This document shows positions 38,330 through 48,290 of a stretch of 64,000 bases of DNA, in pieces. Made by a program: the position numbers and the translations under genes. The stretch lies in IMG/VR virus record IMGVR_UViG_3300025770_001492, positions 1 through 64,000 of that record. One strand, 5' to 3'. Below the pieces are notes generated by a model, which saw nothing but the letters and a program-made list of their open reading frames with translations, did not search any database and had not been told where the DNA came from. Positions within the stretch are counted from its first letter, which is position 1, and every line of letters begins with the position of its first letter.

Positions 38330-39608
38330 CGATAATTTCATCTATAAACTTGTTCAGAGAGTCACAGCAAACTTTTGAGGACGAATCTATATTGACCGGC
38401 TCTAAAACAGTTCCATTTGAAAAACTAAAAGAATTTGTTTCAAATTTATCTGTTATTACATGTTTAATAGATCTTCTTGTAAAGTCTAAATCAAATCTTT
38501 CACCATTACTGTCCATGCCGGTATTCACCAAAAATACTTTACAATCGTGCTGATTAATTTTTTTTACCAACATATCACTATACTTCTCAACTGGAAGCGG
38601 CATAAATGGTCCTCCATAACATGGAGAAAACACCTTCTTTATTTCGTTAACTCCATCTTCCGTTCCCGGCATCTTGCTTGTATATCCAGTCTCAAAAAAC
38701 AGCTTAATTGCATCTCCCTTTATTCGACTAATTGGAGGCACAACTCCTGTTACGTCCATAGTTAAGAAAAATATGTTATTTGGATGGTCGAAAACATGAT
38801 CGCACTCATTCAGATCCGACAACCATGAATTTTTAATCAATTTTGCTGGATAACTGCTTCTGGCGTTATCGTGACCGATATTTTCCTCAATTAGGACATC
38901 GTTCTCTCTAGCGGCCTCCATAGCTTCGTAAATCGCCTCATGGGTCTTTGGATGAAGTCCCTGTGTCTTTGCATAGCACCCCGTCTCGATCAATTCTAGG
39001 CCATTATCAGACCAAGATAGCTCATCGTCCCCAATTAACTTGAAATCAGGATCACTACTTAGTGTAGTTTTTCCTGTGCCACTCAACCCAAACATCAGAT
39101 TTGTTGTGCATTTGTATGTGAAACTGCCGCAATGCATTGGCAATTTGTCCTCAAGTGGAAGCTCAAATCCCATTGCTGTGAATACTGATTTTTTAATTTC
39201 TCCAAGATAACTCGTGCCAGCTATTAAAATCAAATTTGTATCAAGATTAATCCAAATTGTTGGATCAACGTCTATATCAAGATTGTGAAGAATTAACCAA
39301 TCTGCACTTTTTATCAAAGGTCTATTAGTGTAAGCGTCAGACATCGCATCAAACATGTTCTGAACAAACTTCGCATGCCAATCACTTGTTGTTCGAACAT
39401 TGAAATTCTTACTATTCGATCTGAAGTGCAAACTGTGACTGTATGAATCTAAATCGTTAAATAAAGAGAACATATTTTCAAAATCTTCGATTTTTCCAAT
39501 TTGAACATCCTCATTACGACTTTTATCCAAGAGTCTTGTCGCATCTCCAAAGAAAAATTTTCCTTTAGGAGATCTTCCTGTCGGTGTTGTTTTTATTTTA
39601 ACATTCAT
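38310..39608 (-). CDS. pckA: phosphoenolpyruvate carboxykinase (ATP), shortened
   Basis: TGRSPK, FGLSGTGKTTLS, IGDDE, GCYAK, GVVPPIS, FSPCYGGPF, LVNTG. Confidence 0.92.
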   Translation of the reverse strand: MNVKIKTTPTGRSPKGKFFFGDATRLLDKSRNEDVQIGKIEDFENMFSLFNDLDSYSHSLHFRSNSKNFNVRTTSDWHAKFVQNMFDAMSDAYTNRPLIKSADWLILHNLDIDVDPTIWINLDTNLILIAGTSYLGEIKKSVFTAMGFELPLEDKLPMHCGSFTYKCTTNLMFGLSGTGKTTLSSDPDFKLIGDDELSWSDNGLELIETGCYAKTQGLHPKTHEAIYEAMEAARENDVLIEENIGHDNARSSYPAKLIKNSWLSDLNECDHVFDHPNNIFFLTMDVTGVVPPISRIKGDAIKLFFETGYTSKMPGTEDGVNEIKKVFSPCYGGPFMPLPVEKYSDMLVKKINQHDCKVFLVNTGMDSNGERFDLDFTRRSIKHVITDKFETNSFSFSNGTVLEPVNIDSSSKVCCDSLNKFIDEIIAIQTCS

Positions 39609-39614
39609 TATCAA

Positions 39615-39950
39615 TCACTCAAAAGGATCAAACTGACCCTCGTGAGGCCCTTCAATCATGCCCACGTTAGGATTATCTCTGTGCCACTTTCTCATCAAGC
39701 CCTCGCCAGATTGACTTGTGACGCCCCAAGAAATGGTGGAAGATGGATGTTGCTTCATCATTAAGTTCACCAACTCAGAACCATGCCCCTTTTGGCGACT
39801 TTCGACCCACCAAACCTCATTAACATCCTCAATTTCATCGTGTCTATAATCAATGTATCCGTGAGGCGTATCAATTCTCCATCCGTCTCCTTGACTTGGA
39901 CGTATTTTATACTCTACTTGCTCTAACCAAGATTTAAATTTCATTATCAT
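39615..39950 (-). CDS. small GNAT-like protein with MKFKSWLE leader
   Basis: QKGHGSEL acetyl-CoA-loop-like motif. Confidence 0.45.
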   Translation of the reverse strand: MIMKFKSWLEQVEYKIRPSQGDGWRIDTPHGYIDYRHDEIEDVNEVWWVESRQKGHGSELVNLMMKQHPSSTISWGVTSQSGEGLMRKWHRDNPNVGMIEGPHEGQFDPFE

Positions 39951-40614
39951 TCTCCATCTCTGTTTCCCAATACGCTTCAGATATAAAATGACTCCAACTA
40001 TTAGGAATGCGAGACTTATAAGCCCCCAGCAAAGAGTATTTAGGCTTTTTAGGGGCTTTTATTAAACACATAGGAGACGGACCTCTCCAATATTTTGCGT
40101 TTTCTTTAGAGAGCATTCCTTTGAACGCTTCCTCTGGAAGTTTGTCGGCTTTTTGACTGTTGCACTGAGTACATGCTAAAACACAATTTTCCCAGGTAGT
40201 CTTTCCATTCCTAGACTTTGGCACAACGTGATCAATAGAGACTTCACCAGAGCCTGGTTTTATTCCGCAATATTGGCACTTATTGCCATCTCTCTTATAT
40301 AAAATTCTGCGACAAAACCTAATCTTTTGATTTGGCATCTTGTCATATCTTGTTAATAGCAAAACTTCTGGAAGTTTGAACTTCATATCAGAAGAATGAA
40401 TGCAGAGGTCGTTTTCGTTTGGCTTTAGATTTGACCAATCCGACCAAGTGAATGTTTGGAAGTCTAAAGAAGGATCAATAATCTTGGCTTTTGGCTCGCC
40501 ATCAATATATTCACCAAACAAAAGAGAAACGGCACGTTGTATAGAACAAGTTCCAACAGGGGTCCAAAGCTTATTCAAAACTAGAACCCGATTGCTTAAA
40601 ACTCCAACAGCCAT
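39934..40614 (-). CDS. HNH endonuclease (McrA-like)
   Basis: CQYCG, IDHVVPKSRNG, WENCVLACTQCNSQK. Confidence 0.9.
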   Translation of the reverse strand: MAVGVLSNRVLVLNKLWTPVGTCSIQRAVSLLFGEYIDGEPKAKIIDPSLDFQTFTWSDWSNLKPNENDLCIHSSDMKFKLPEVLLLTRYDKMPNQKIRFCRRILYKRDGNKCQYCGIKPGSGEVSIDHVVPKSRNGKTTWENCVLACTQCNSQKADKLPEEAFKGMLSKENAKYWRGPSPMCLIKAPKKPKYSLLGAYKSRIPNSWSHFISEAYWETEMENDNEI

Positions 40615-40671
40615 ATAAAATCTCCTTCTCCATATTTATGTCTAATAATAGAAGAAGGAATTAATAAGTTT

Positions 40672-40911
40672 TTACTCTAATTTCTTATTCCTTCTACTGC
40701 CGTACAAAGGATATTTATTCACTTTCCTAACTTCTTCCACTTTATCTAATAGTTTAATATATTTTTCTTCTTGTCCAACAGGAACTTCTACAGTCCATTG
40801 GCCTAAAAAATTAGAAACTTGTGTTCCTCTTAACTTTAAATCGTCTAAAATAGACTTAGCGCAACAATTAAAATTTACAATTATTGTTGAGCTTGGTCCT
40901 CTATATGCCAT
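40672..40911 (-). CDS. hypothetical protein
   Basis: 79-aa ORF with SD. Confidence 0.55.
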   Translation of the reverse strand: MAYRGPSSTIIVNFNCCAKSILDDLKLRGTQVSNFLGQWTVEVPVGQEEKYIKLLDKVEEVRKVNKYPLYGSRRNKKLE

Positions 40912-41371
40912 TTTCCTTTTCTTTCTAAGTTTATTAAACTAAATATTTTTACGGAAACAAGAATGGATGTATTATTTTTGTGGGCTGCAAGAACTCTTCT
41001 GTGCTTGTTCTTTGCAATGGCGTAACCGCAGCACTAGTATATAAGAAAAAAAATAAAATTTCTTCAGGAAACCCGACAAAAGAACTTTAAAAGAAACTTA
41101 TGATTACACCAAGGGCAAGCGACATCGCATGAACCGCTACGTGGCTTTTTTCGAACTCTTATATCATAGTCTTTATTGCATTTTTCGCAAGTAATTTTCA
41201 TTTATAATCATCCAGCATGAGCGTCCAGATAGTCTTCTAAGTCTCGTTTGCTTTCAAAATAAGACAGTGTCTCCGTTTTACAGTTAAAAAGAGTCCACTG
41301 ATTTTTCTCTTTGTCATAACCTACTGTAAACATAACCATTCCTTGAAGTTTCGTAAATTAAAAATTAAAAG

Positions 41372-41445
41372 TACACCCAGTAGGACTCGAACCTACAATA
41401 TTTTGCTTAGAAGGCAAATGGATTATCCAATTATCCTATGGGTGC
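41372..41445 (-). tRNA. trnR: tRNA-Arg(UCU)
   Basis: Cloverleaf GCACCCA/TGGGTGT, anticodon loop CTTCTAA, T loop TTCGAGT; no encoded CCA. Confidence 0.93.
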
Positions 41446-41472
41446 ATCTTGAACCATCTGTGTTTTTAGTCT

Positions 41473-41922
41473 CTATTTCGAACCTGTCAACTTGTTTTTT
41501 TGTCTTTTTAACATAGTTTCCAATTTGGAAATTTGATTCAAGTTACCGAACCGCAAGCTGTCTATGGATTTTTCTATCTCTATAAGATCTAGCATTACTT
41601 GTTTATGTGTTTCTTCTACCTCTTCCACTTCTTCAATTTTAAGTTCTTCGAATTCAAGCTCACTTCCTGAGCACTCTGGGCACATGTGCTCGCCCTTTTT
41701 GTGGTTTTCTGCATAGTGTGCTACCCGAACCAGCAGATCACTAACCACATATTGTGTCTTAGCAACCTCAGAAATAGACTCAATAATCTCAGTATTTTGT
41801 TTTATAATATCAATACGTTCTTCTCTTGATGTGTTAATTCTATTTGGAAGCAGAATAACTAACAAGATAATTAATATTGACACCACAACAAAAGCAAACT
41901 TAAACATGGTAGGCAGCTTCAC
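41473..41922 (-). CDS. membrane-anchored coiled-coil protein
   Basis: N-terminal TM helix, CPEC. Confidence 0.6.
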   Translation of the reverse strand: MKLPTMFKFAFVVVSILIILLVILLPNRINTSREERIDIIKQNTEIIESISEVAKTQYVVSDLLVRVAHYAENHKKGEHMCPECSGSELEFEELKIEEVEEVEETHKQVMLDLIEIEKSIDSLRFGNLNQISKLETMLKRQKNKLTGSK

Positions 41923-43021
41923 CTTTTACTCCAATTCTCTCACGCTTGATGTACCTATAATCATCTTTTGGAGACATTTCCAAAAGTGAATGATAGATGA
42001 GGTTTGTTGTATTTTTAACATCCTTTTTCATCACCATTTCTACAGAAGTATGCATATATTTTAATGGCAAGCTAATCAAGCACGAAGGAATACCGCCGCT
42101 TGATTTGAAAAACGCAGATGTATCGGTTCCACTATTTCCATTATAAGTACCAAGCTGATACTTTATTTTATTCTTCTTTGCTACTCCTAGAACTTGATCT
42201 AACAAGTTTCTTTGAATATCTGGCCCATAATACAAAGTTGGACCATTCCCGCAGGACACATCTCCACACAATCTGGCATTGTACATAGGAGAGTGACTGT
42301 CATGTGTGACATCAGTTATTATCGCAACATCAGGCTGTATTGAGTTTGCGATCATTTCAGCACCATGAAGCCCAACTTCCTCTTGAACAGCATTTACAAT
42401 GTAAAGATCGAAAGGAAGTTCAATGTCATTTTCTTCAAGCTTTCTAGCAACGTTGGCGACCATGTATCCGCCAATTCGGTTGTCTAATGCACGACAAAGG
42501 TAGTAGTCGCCCATCTTCTCAAAAGGAGCATCATAAGTCATTGTGGCACCAACATGAATGCCCATTTTTTCTACTTCCTTTTTTGAACTTGCTCCAACAT
42601 CGACATAAAGATTTTTAACTTCTGGCGTTTCTTTGTCTCGTTCATGGATGGCGATCCACCCAAACACGCCACGAACATTCCCCTTTTTGCCTAAGATGTT
42701 CACCCTTTGGCCAGGAGCAACCATTTCGTCCGATCCGCCATTCCGAACGACAGAAATATATCCTTTTTCGTCGATATGACTTATGTTCCAACCTATTTCA
42801 TCCGCATGAGCTTCTATTACTACTTTATATTTGGATGACTGACCTGTGTACTTTACGCCTACAGCATTCCCATAAGCGTCTGTCTGTACCTTGTCCACAT
42901 AGTCTTGAATATAGTCTATCCAAACTTCTTGACCCGCCATCTCCCATCCTGTTGGAGATTGGGTGTTAAGGTATTTTTCTAAAAATTCTTCTTTTTTCAT
43001 TTGAGGCTTATTCTTTTTCAT
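41900..43021 (-). CDS. M42 family metallo-aminopeptidase
   Basis: AHADEIG, ALDNRIG, QEEVGLHGA, DVTH, KYMHT. Confidence 0.92.
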   Translation of the reverse strand: MKKNKPQMKKEEFLEKYLNTQSPTGWEMAGQEVWIDYIQDYVDKVQTDAYGNAVGVKYTGQSSKYKVVIEAHADEIGWNISHIDEKGYISVVRNGGSDEMVAPGQRVNILGKKGNVRGVFGWIAIHERDKETPEVKNLYVDVGASSKKEVEKMGIHVGATMTYDAPFEKMGDYYLCRALDNRIGGYMVANVARKLEENDIELPFDLYIVNAVQEEVGLHGAEMIANSIQPDVAIITDVTHDSHSPMYNARLCGDVSCGNGPTLYYGPDIQRNLLDQVLGVAKKNKIKYQLGTYNGNSGTDTSAFFKSSGGIPSCLISLPLKYMHTSVEMVMKKDVKNTTNLIYHSLLEMSPKDDYRYIKRERIGVKGEAAYHV

Positions 43022-43233
43022 GTGACTGCTGTACTGTGAATTTCAAAACCAGGAAAATTAGAATCAACCCAGTGATTTAAAAAGTGACAAAAATCTTCTG
43101 GCTGAGGGAAATCTGAGATTTGCACAGCATCTTCTAGCCAATTAGAATGACGATGATACCTGACCAATACATTTTTTATCATGCTTCCTGTAGATGGTCT
43201 AAAAATATCTAAATGAATCATTAATCTTTCCAA
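43018..43233 (-). CDS. hypothetical protein
   Basis: Translationally coupled ORF. Confidence 0.5.
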   Translation of the reverse strand: MERLMIHLDIFRPSTGSMIKNVLVRYHRHSNWLEDAVQISDFPQPEDFCHFLNHWVDSNFPGFEIHSTAVT

Positions 43234-43715
43234 AAATTTATAACATGTATATTCATCTCTTTAGCTTTTTGAACAGTGAAGTAAGTTCCACCAGACTTAA
43301 CTTCGGGATTCAGCAAAGACACAACTTTGTCTGATCCGGTAATCATCTCAATATCTCGTTGGTGAAATGCTTTAGGATGATATTTATCGGAAACATAGTT
43401 AACGACATCTGCGTTTTCTTTTATTCTTTCACATTCTAAAAAAGACTCAGCAGGCCACTTTTTACCTTGGTCTGGAAAGGGCAAGTATAAATGGAGTTCC
43501 AAATCTAAATCTAACGCCACTTGAGCAATCCAAGTGTCCCAACCGATTGCGCCGCCAGAACGAATGATTCGACGGGCGTCTCCAAATCCCATCTCAATAA
43601 GATAGTTTTCCAATCTTTTTTTAAGATTTATCAACCAAGGATGAGAACGATCATACTGGCACGGGCAGTATTTTGGCCTGTGTCCGGTTCCTGCAATTAT
43701 AATTTTTTTATCCAT
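43221..43715 (-). CDS. SLOG-family (YpsA/DUF1273-like) protein
   Basis: GTGHRP, SGGAIGWD, RDIEM, GGTYFTV. Confidence 0.8.
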   Translation of the reverse strand: MDKKIIIAGTGHRPKYCPCQYDRSHPWLINLKKRLENYLIEMGFGDARRIIRSGGAIGWDTWIAQVALDLDLELHLYLPFPDQGKKWPAESFLECERIKENADVVNYVSDKYHPKAFHQRDIEMITGSDKVVSLLNPEVKSGGTYFTVQKAKEMNIHVINFWKD

Positions 43716-43929
43716 CCTTGCCCAACTTATTTTCTGACAACCACTCCGAAACTATACAAACAACTTCTTTAGAATCGACATCAGACAAGTTAAACTTCAT
43801 CCTCAATTCTTTGATAAGTTCAAAATACGAATTAACAAACTTTGATTCCGAACTTGCCATCCTATAGATTTCCAAACCACAACTCCGTTTGAGAAAAGCA
43901 TCCTTACACAGTTCAACAATTCGCCACAA
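43708..43929 (-). CDS. hypothetical protein
   Basis: Coupled ORF. Confidence 0.45.
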   Translation of the reverse strand: MWRIVELCKDAFLKRSCGLEIYRMASSESKFVNSYFELIKELRMKFNLSDVDSKEVVCIVSEWLSENKLGKDG

Positions 43930-44548
43930 ATGGTGCCTGCTGGGCGAAAGAATACCTTAAAACATTGATTACATCAATAGCATCGCTCAAGGCATGATGA
44001 GTTACTTCTTTATCAATTCCCGAACGACGTAAACACTCTTCTAAAGAGGGCGGAACATCATCAATTTCTGGATCAAAAAATAAAGTAGCAGGATCTAAGC
44101 ACCGATGATGAAAACGAGTTTTAGAATCTTTATTTCCCACACCAATCGACTTCAAAAAAGGAAGATCAAATCCACTAAAATTCTTGCCTGCGGCAAGAAT
44201 TTTCCCCGAAAGGGAAATCTGATCTGGCTCAGAGGCAAAGCTTGCAAGCCACTCATGCATATAGCGGTCAACCATGTCCACAGGCACAAACGTCTCGTCT
44301 TTGCTGATCAATCTGGATGGGTGATTGTGCCTATTTGCGATGATCCCTATAATTTCAGAATTCATTGCCATCGCATAGGCATTTCCTTTGTAATTGTCAT
44401 CAGGATAAGTCACATAAAAGTGAAGAGACGGCAAACTCTCAACTGGAGACTTGAAATCTTCCAAAACAATTCCAACTTCTAAAACATCGCATGTTTCAGG
44501 GTCGAGTCCGAGCGTTTCTGTGTCAATAGATGCATATTTGTATTTCAT
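43913..44548 (-). CDS. DEDDh 3'-5' exonuclease (oligoribonuclease-like)
   Basis: IDTETLG, GKNFSGFD, HHALSDA. Confidence 0.88.
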   Translation of the reverse strand: MKYKYASIDTETLGLDPETCDVLEVGIVLEDFKSPVESLPSLHFYVTYPDDNYKGNAYAMAMNSEIIGIIANRHNHPSRLISKDETFVPVDMVDRYMHEWLASFASEPDQISLSGKILAAGKNFSGFDLPFLKSIGVGNKDSKTRFHHRCLDPATLFFDPEIDDVPPSLEECLRRSGIDKEVTHHALSDAIDVINVLRYSFAQQAPFVANC

Positions 44549-44553
44549 TTCAT

Positions 44554-44862
44554 TTATCCTAAAAAATTAGCGACAGCAACAGCAAAAACTACCACAAGAA
44601 TAGACCAAAACCAACACATCATTGTTCGAACTGAAAAAAGATAATCATCCAGATCTTTAATAGACTCAGTTATTACAGACTTATCAATTTCTTCTTGAGA
44701 ACAAAGAAAAGTTAGCTGCGTCTCATTAATATCTTCAGAATGAAACTTTAAAAGAAGTTCCAATTCTTTTCGAGAAAGTTTTCTTAAATTTCTAGAGCAC
44801 CGCATTCCAATTGCCCTTTTTGAAAAAGCTGTTTCCTGAAAGGATTGTACCAATTTTTTCAA
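44554..44862 (-). CDS. small membrane protein
   Basis: C-terminal TM helix. Confidence 0.5.
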   Translation of the reverse strand: MKKLVQSFQETAFSKRAIGMRCSRNLRKLSRKELELLLKFHSEDINETQLTFLCSQEEIDKSVITESIKDLDDYLFSVRTMMCWFWSILVVVFAVAVANFLG

Positions 44863-44874
44863 TTATGTAAAGCA

Positions 44875-45780
44875 CTAACAGTAGAATTCTGGCAACTCTT
44901 CGCTTCTTTCTAATTTAGAAAGAAGTGAATTGAGGGGAGAATACTCCTCGCTAAAATCTATTTCAAATTTTCTGTATTCAAGATGTCTAGAATTCAGTGG
45001 ATTTGTATTTTTCCAAATATTTGGAAACCAAGGACTTTCTACTTCAAAGACTTTTTCAGACGGCCAGCAAATAATATTAAGAGAAACAATGTGTCTCTCA
45101 AAAACATTCTCCTTGTTGTTCTGAAAGTTATCTGGATTAAACAAGGGCGGCTCAAACACTTTGTAATTGTATCCCATATTTTTTAAGGAATGAAGAATTG
45201 CAATCTGGTTCCCAGTAAATTCTAGGTCGATGCAAGGTCTCGCCCAATTTATAAGTTCTTTTGCGCCCAAAAGAACTTCGTCTTCCATTCCTTCAACATC
45301 TATCTTAATCAAGGATGGCTTTGATATTTTTTCTACCAGATCATCCAAGCAAACAGTTTTAGCAGGAACTCCATCAGATGAAGAATTTACCATGGAAACG
45401 CTTCCAAAATTAAAATCTGAATCGTAGTCCACTTGTGGTATGCGAACCGTTAAGCCACTTTTTCTGCCTACTGGTGAGTTTCTAGTTTCAATGTTGTCTA
45501 ATGTATTTAATTCAACATTTTTAGACAACAAATTAAAAAGACCTATTTGAGGCTCAAAAGAAATAACTTTTCCAGATTTTCCAACATGCTTGGCCATTGG
45601 TATAGATATGGTTCCTATATTTGCGCCAACATCTATTACTGTATCTCCTTCTTTGACCAACTGAAACAAAACCTGAAGCTCCGTTTCATGTTGTTCGCCA
45701 TAAGCCTCTAACGAACCACCAATATAGGTATCATTTGGCAAATATGCCATTTTACCATACTTGCATTCTTTTATTTTCAT
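44875..45780 (-). CDS. FkbM family methyltransferase
   Basis: IDVGANIG, FEPQ, IKIDVEGME. Confidence 0.9.
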   Translation of the reverse strand: MKIKECKYGKMAYLPNDTYIGGSLEAYGEQHETELQVLFQLVKEGDTVIDVGANIGTISIPMAKHVGKSGKVISFEPQIGLFNLLSKNVELNTLDNIETRNSPVGRKSGLTVRIPQVDYDSDFNFGSVSMVNSSSDGVPAKTVCLDDLVEKISKPSLIKIDVEGMEDEVLLGAKELINWARPCIDLEFTGNQIAILHSLKNMGYNYKVFEPPLFNPDNFQNNKENVFERHIVSLNIICWPSEKVFEVESPWFPNIWKNTNPLNSRHLEYRKFEIDFSEEYSPLNSLLSKLERSEELPEFYC

Positions 45781-46008
45781 TTAGCTGCAAACTCTTATAC
45801 TAGATGATGATCCAACTTTAACATTAGCCGTATTGCATGATTTAACTCGTGTCAGACAGCCTATCTTCTTTTTTGCGGGTTTATCTTCTTCTGGTGTTCC
45901 ACACCCACATCCACAATGATTTTCTGGCTTCTGAACTCCGTGAGACATTCCCTGCCCTGTTCCTGTTGCTGACGTTGCTCCCATTTTTCCTCCTTGTAAG
46001 TCCAACAC
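45781..46008 (-). CDS. small Gly/Cys-rich protein
   Basis: MGATSATGTG, HCGCGCG. Confidence 0.45.
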   Translation of the reverse strand: MLDLQGGKMGATSATGTGQGMSHGVQKPENHCGCGCGTPEEDKPAKKKIGCLTRVKSCNTANVKVGSSSSIRVCS

Positions 46009-46032
46009 CTTATATATGAATAATAGTATTAG

Positions 46033-46395
46033 TTATATCTTTTTTATCTTAGAAGGCTTCGATGAGACATATGCGTAGAAAACATATTGAGGAGTAAGCC
46101 CAGAATTTTTAGATTCGATCTGTCTGTATTCAACTTCTAACTTGGTGCCAGGAGACTTGTCATACATCAACATATCTTTCAAACGACTAATTACAGAACT
46201 GATAAACTGTGGAGAGCCAGTTATTCTTAATCCATCTTCTCTAAACTTGCTTCCCTTGTGGTTTGGGTCAACCGGCTTTGGGCGCACAGGCAAATTTGGA
46301 CGTACTTTTTCCCACATGTCGAGAACATCGGCACGCTTGCCTTTCCAAGGTTTAATAGAGGATGAGTCTGATTCTAGAAAGTCTTTAAATTCCAT
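46033..46395 (-). CDS. hypothetical protein with MEFKDFLE leader (putative virion head protein)
   Basis: FKxFLE leader; AATAAATA box just upstream. Confidence 0.55.
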   Translation of the reverse strand: MEFKDFLESDSSSIKPWKGKRADVLDMWEKVRPNLPVRPKPVDPNHKGSKFREDGLRITGSPQFISSVISRLKDMLMYDKSPGTKLEVEYRQIESKNSGLTPQYVFYAYVSSKPSKIKKI

Positions 46396-46637
46396 GAACT
46401 TATTTATTCATTCGCTTGTTAAATTTCCAAAAGAAACAATGCAATCTGATTTTTCTTGAATTCCATCAAGCTCTTCTTGAGAATTGGCTTTTTTACATTT
46501 GTCTTTTATCTTTTTTATATGCTTCTTTAGGTCCTTTATCTGTATGCAGGGCTTTTCCTCTGCGCCTTCTTTAAATTCGCTCATTTTAGCCTTTCTTGGT
46601 AGTTTGAATTATTTATCGAAAAAAATACAATTTTAAG

Positions 46638-46645
46638 TATAAATA
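46638..46645 (+). promoter_or_regulatory. TATAAATA late-promoter-like box
   Basis: Upstream of the duplicated small genes; CATAAATA recurs at 46981. Confidence 0.45.
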
Positions 46646-46689
46646 ATTGTGTCATAAGTGACAATTTAACTTTGCAAAGGAGATATAAT

Positions 46690-46911
46690 ATGGCAACTTT
46701 TACAGTAAATCTTTCACCTGCGTTGGTGAATTTAGGAAGTGAAGGCGGATTAGATTCCAGCCTTGACGCAAACGGCAACTCTCTTCAGAGAAAATTACAC
46801 GCCGTAATGGTAGATAGCGGAGAAAAAATCGTCGGCAATTTGGCTGATGGTGCAACATTTGATGACAGCACTGATGGATTAGCATCCATTGACGGAATCG
46901 ATGCTGCATAA
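46690..46911 (+). CDS. small acidic protein, copy 1 of a tandem pair (putative virion protein)
   Basis: VNLSPALVNLG...LDANGNS.QRKLH...VGNLADGA; SD AAGGAG. Confidence 0.75.
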   Translation: MATFTVNLSPALVNLGSEGGLDSSLDANGNSLQRKLHAVMVDSGEKIVGNLADGATFDDSTDGLASIDGIDAA

Positions 46912-46932
46912 CTTGAAATACAAATGCTAACT

Positions 46933-46971
46933 AAAAAAAGAGGCTGGAAGCTTTTCCAGTCTTTTTTTTTT
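46933..46971 (+). terminator. rho-independent terminator
   Basis: GGCTGGAA/TTCCAGTC plus T-run. Confidence 0.7.
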
Positions 46972-47019
46972 GTCCAAAAGCATAAATAAATTGAATCTTT
47001 ACTTTGCAAAGGAGATATT

Positions 47020-47244
47020 ATGGCGAATTATGTAGTTAATCTTTCACCTGCGTTGGTGAATTTAGGAACTGAAGGTTCACTTGATACTAGTCTTGATGCT
47101 AACGGAAACTCTGCACAGAGAAAACTCCATAGCACAATAGTTCCAAACGGAACTGACCTTAAAGTGGTCGGAAATCTAGCTGACGGTGCTTCGTTCAACG
47201 ACACAATCGAAGTCATTTCTGATATCGATGGAATTGACGCTTAA
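47020..47244 (+). CDS. small acidic protein, copy 2 of the tandem pair
   Basis: Clear paralogue of 46690-46911. Confidence 0.75.
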   Translation: MANYVVNLSPALVNLGTEGSLDTSLDANGNSAQRKLHSTIVPNGTDLKVVGNLADGASFNDTIEVISDIDGIDA

Positions 47245-47270
47245 TCAAAAAAGATTATAGCTTAAACAAG

Positions 47271-47309
47271 AAAAGGTTCCCGAAACGAATTTCGGGAACC
47301 TTTTTTTGT
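47271..47309. terminator. bidirectional terminator
   Basis: AAAAGGTTCCCGAAA/TTTCGGGAACCTTTT. Confidence 0.85.
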
Positions 47310-47342
47310 TTACTTGTTGCAACTGCAACTAGATTATTTGTT

Positions 47343-47855
47343 TCACATGTGGCTGGTATCAATATTCTTGTTCGAACCACTAACTTTTCTGCTATCTTCT
47401 GGATGGTCACGCTTATCACCACGGTCTCCATATCTTGGATTGCCGCCAAGGTAGCCTCTTTTTTGGTGTTTGCCGTCCTTTCTCCCTTTTCTCTTTTCGT
47501 ATTTTTCTATACGTTCTTCCTTGCTCTCTAGCCAGTTCTGAAAGCTTTCAAATCTACTTTGAATTCCATTGCCAATCATTGGCATATCGTCGCCTTCTGA
47601 GCCGATTGAGTGCTGTGTCTTTGGACGTGTCTCCCAAATATGCTTGATTGCATTTTTTATGTCACCCATTTGATTGTCAAATGTGTCAGGAAACCCTTTA
47701 TAATAATTTTCCTTAAGTTCAATTGCAGTATCATGAATAGCATTTTGCAAGGCTGATGGATCTTGATGGTTTGCTCCATGTCTTATTAAAATATCTAAGA
47801 TCTTAGAAGTTTCTGGAAAATCAAAGTCATTCGCAATGCTGTTAAAATTATTCAT
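47343..47855 (-). CDS. hypothetical protein with basic C-terminus
   Basis: 170-aa ORF, internal FQNWLE motif. Confidence 0.6.
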   Translation of the reverse strand: MNNFNSIANDFDFPETSKILDILIRHGANHQDPSALQNAIHDTAIELKENYYKGFPDTFDNQMGDIKNAIKHIWETRPKTQHSIGSEGDDMPMIGNGIQSRFESFQNWLESKEERIEKYEKRKGRKDGKHQKRGYLGGNPRYGDRGDKRDHPEDSRKVSGSNKNIDTSHM

Positions 47856-47876
47856 AATTATTATTACCCTTTAGGT

Positions 47877-48290
47877 TTAACTTATATACGTTTCAAAGCC
47901 TTTTTTCGTAGAATGCCAAACTCTTCGTATGCCGATTTTATCAAGAACAACCTGACAACTCTCACAAGGCTTGCTTTCCCATAATTCTCTATTTTCATTT
48001 AATCTAAGAACTACCATTTGGTAATTTTTATCTAAAAAAACTTTGCCCCAACACCTAGAAATTGCGTCCGTTTCAGCATGTGGATAGTAGTATTTTTTGT
48101 ATTGATCTATGTTGAATCTATTGCCAAAATATAAGATCTTTGGACAGAGGCATGTGGGGCGATTTACGCCGAAACTTATCAACTTTGTTCTTCTGTAAAT
48201 GAAAGCGAAATGATATGGAGGCTTATGCCGTCCATAATATTCTGGAAATAATTCATTCGATATTCTAAGAGACTTTTCTATTATTTTCAT
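47877..48290 (-). CDS. cytidine/dCMP deaminase-fold protein
   Basis: HAE and SKPCESC zinc motifs. Confidence 0.75.
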   Translation of the reverse strand: MKIIEKSLRISNELFPEYYGRHKPPYHFAFIYRRTKLISFGVNRPTCLCPKILYFGNRFNIDQYKKYYYPHAETDAISRCWGKVFLDKNYQMVVLRLNENRELWESKPCESCQVVLDKIGIRRVWHSTKKGFETYIS

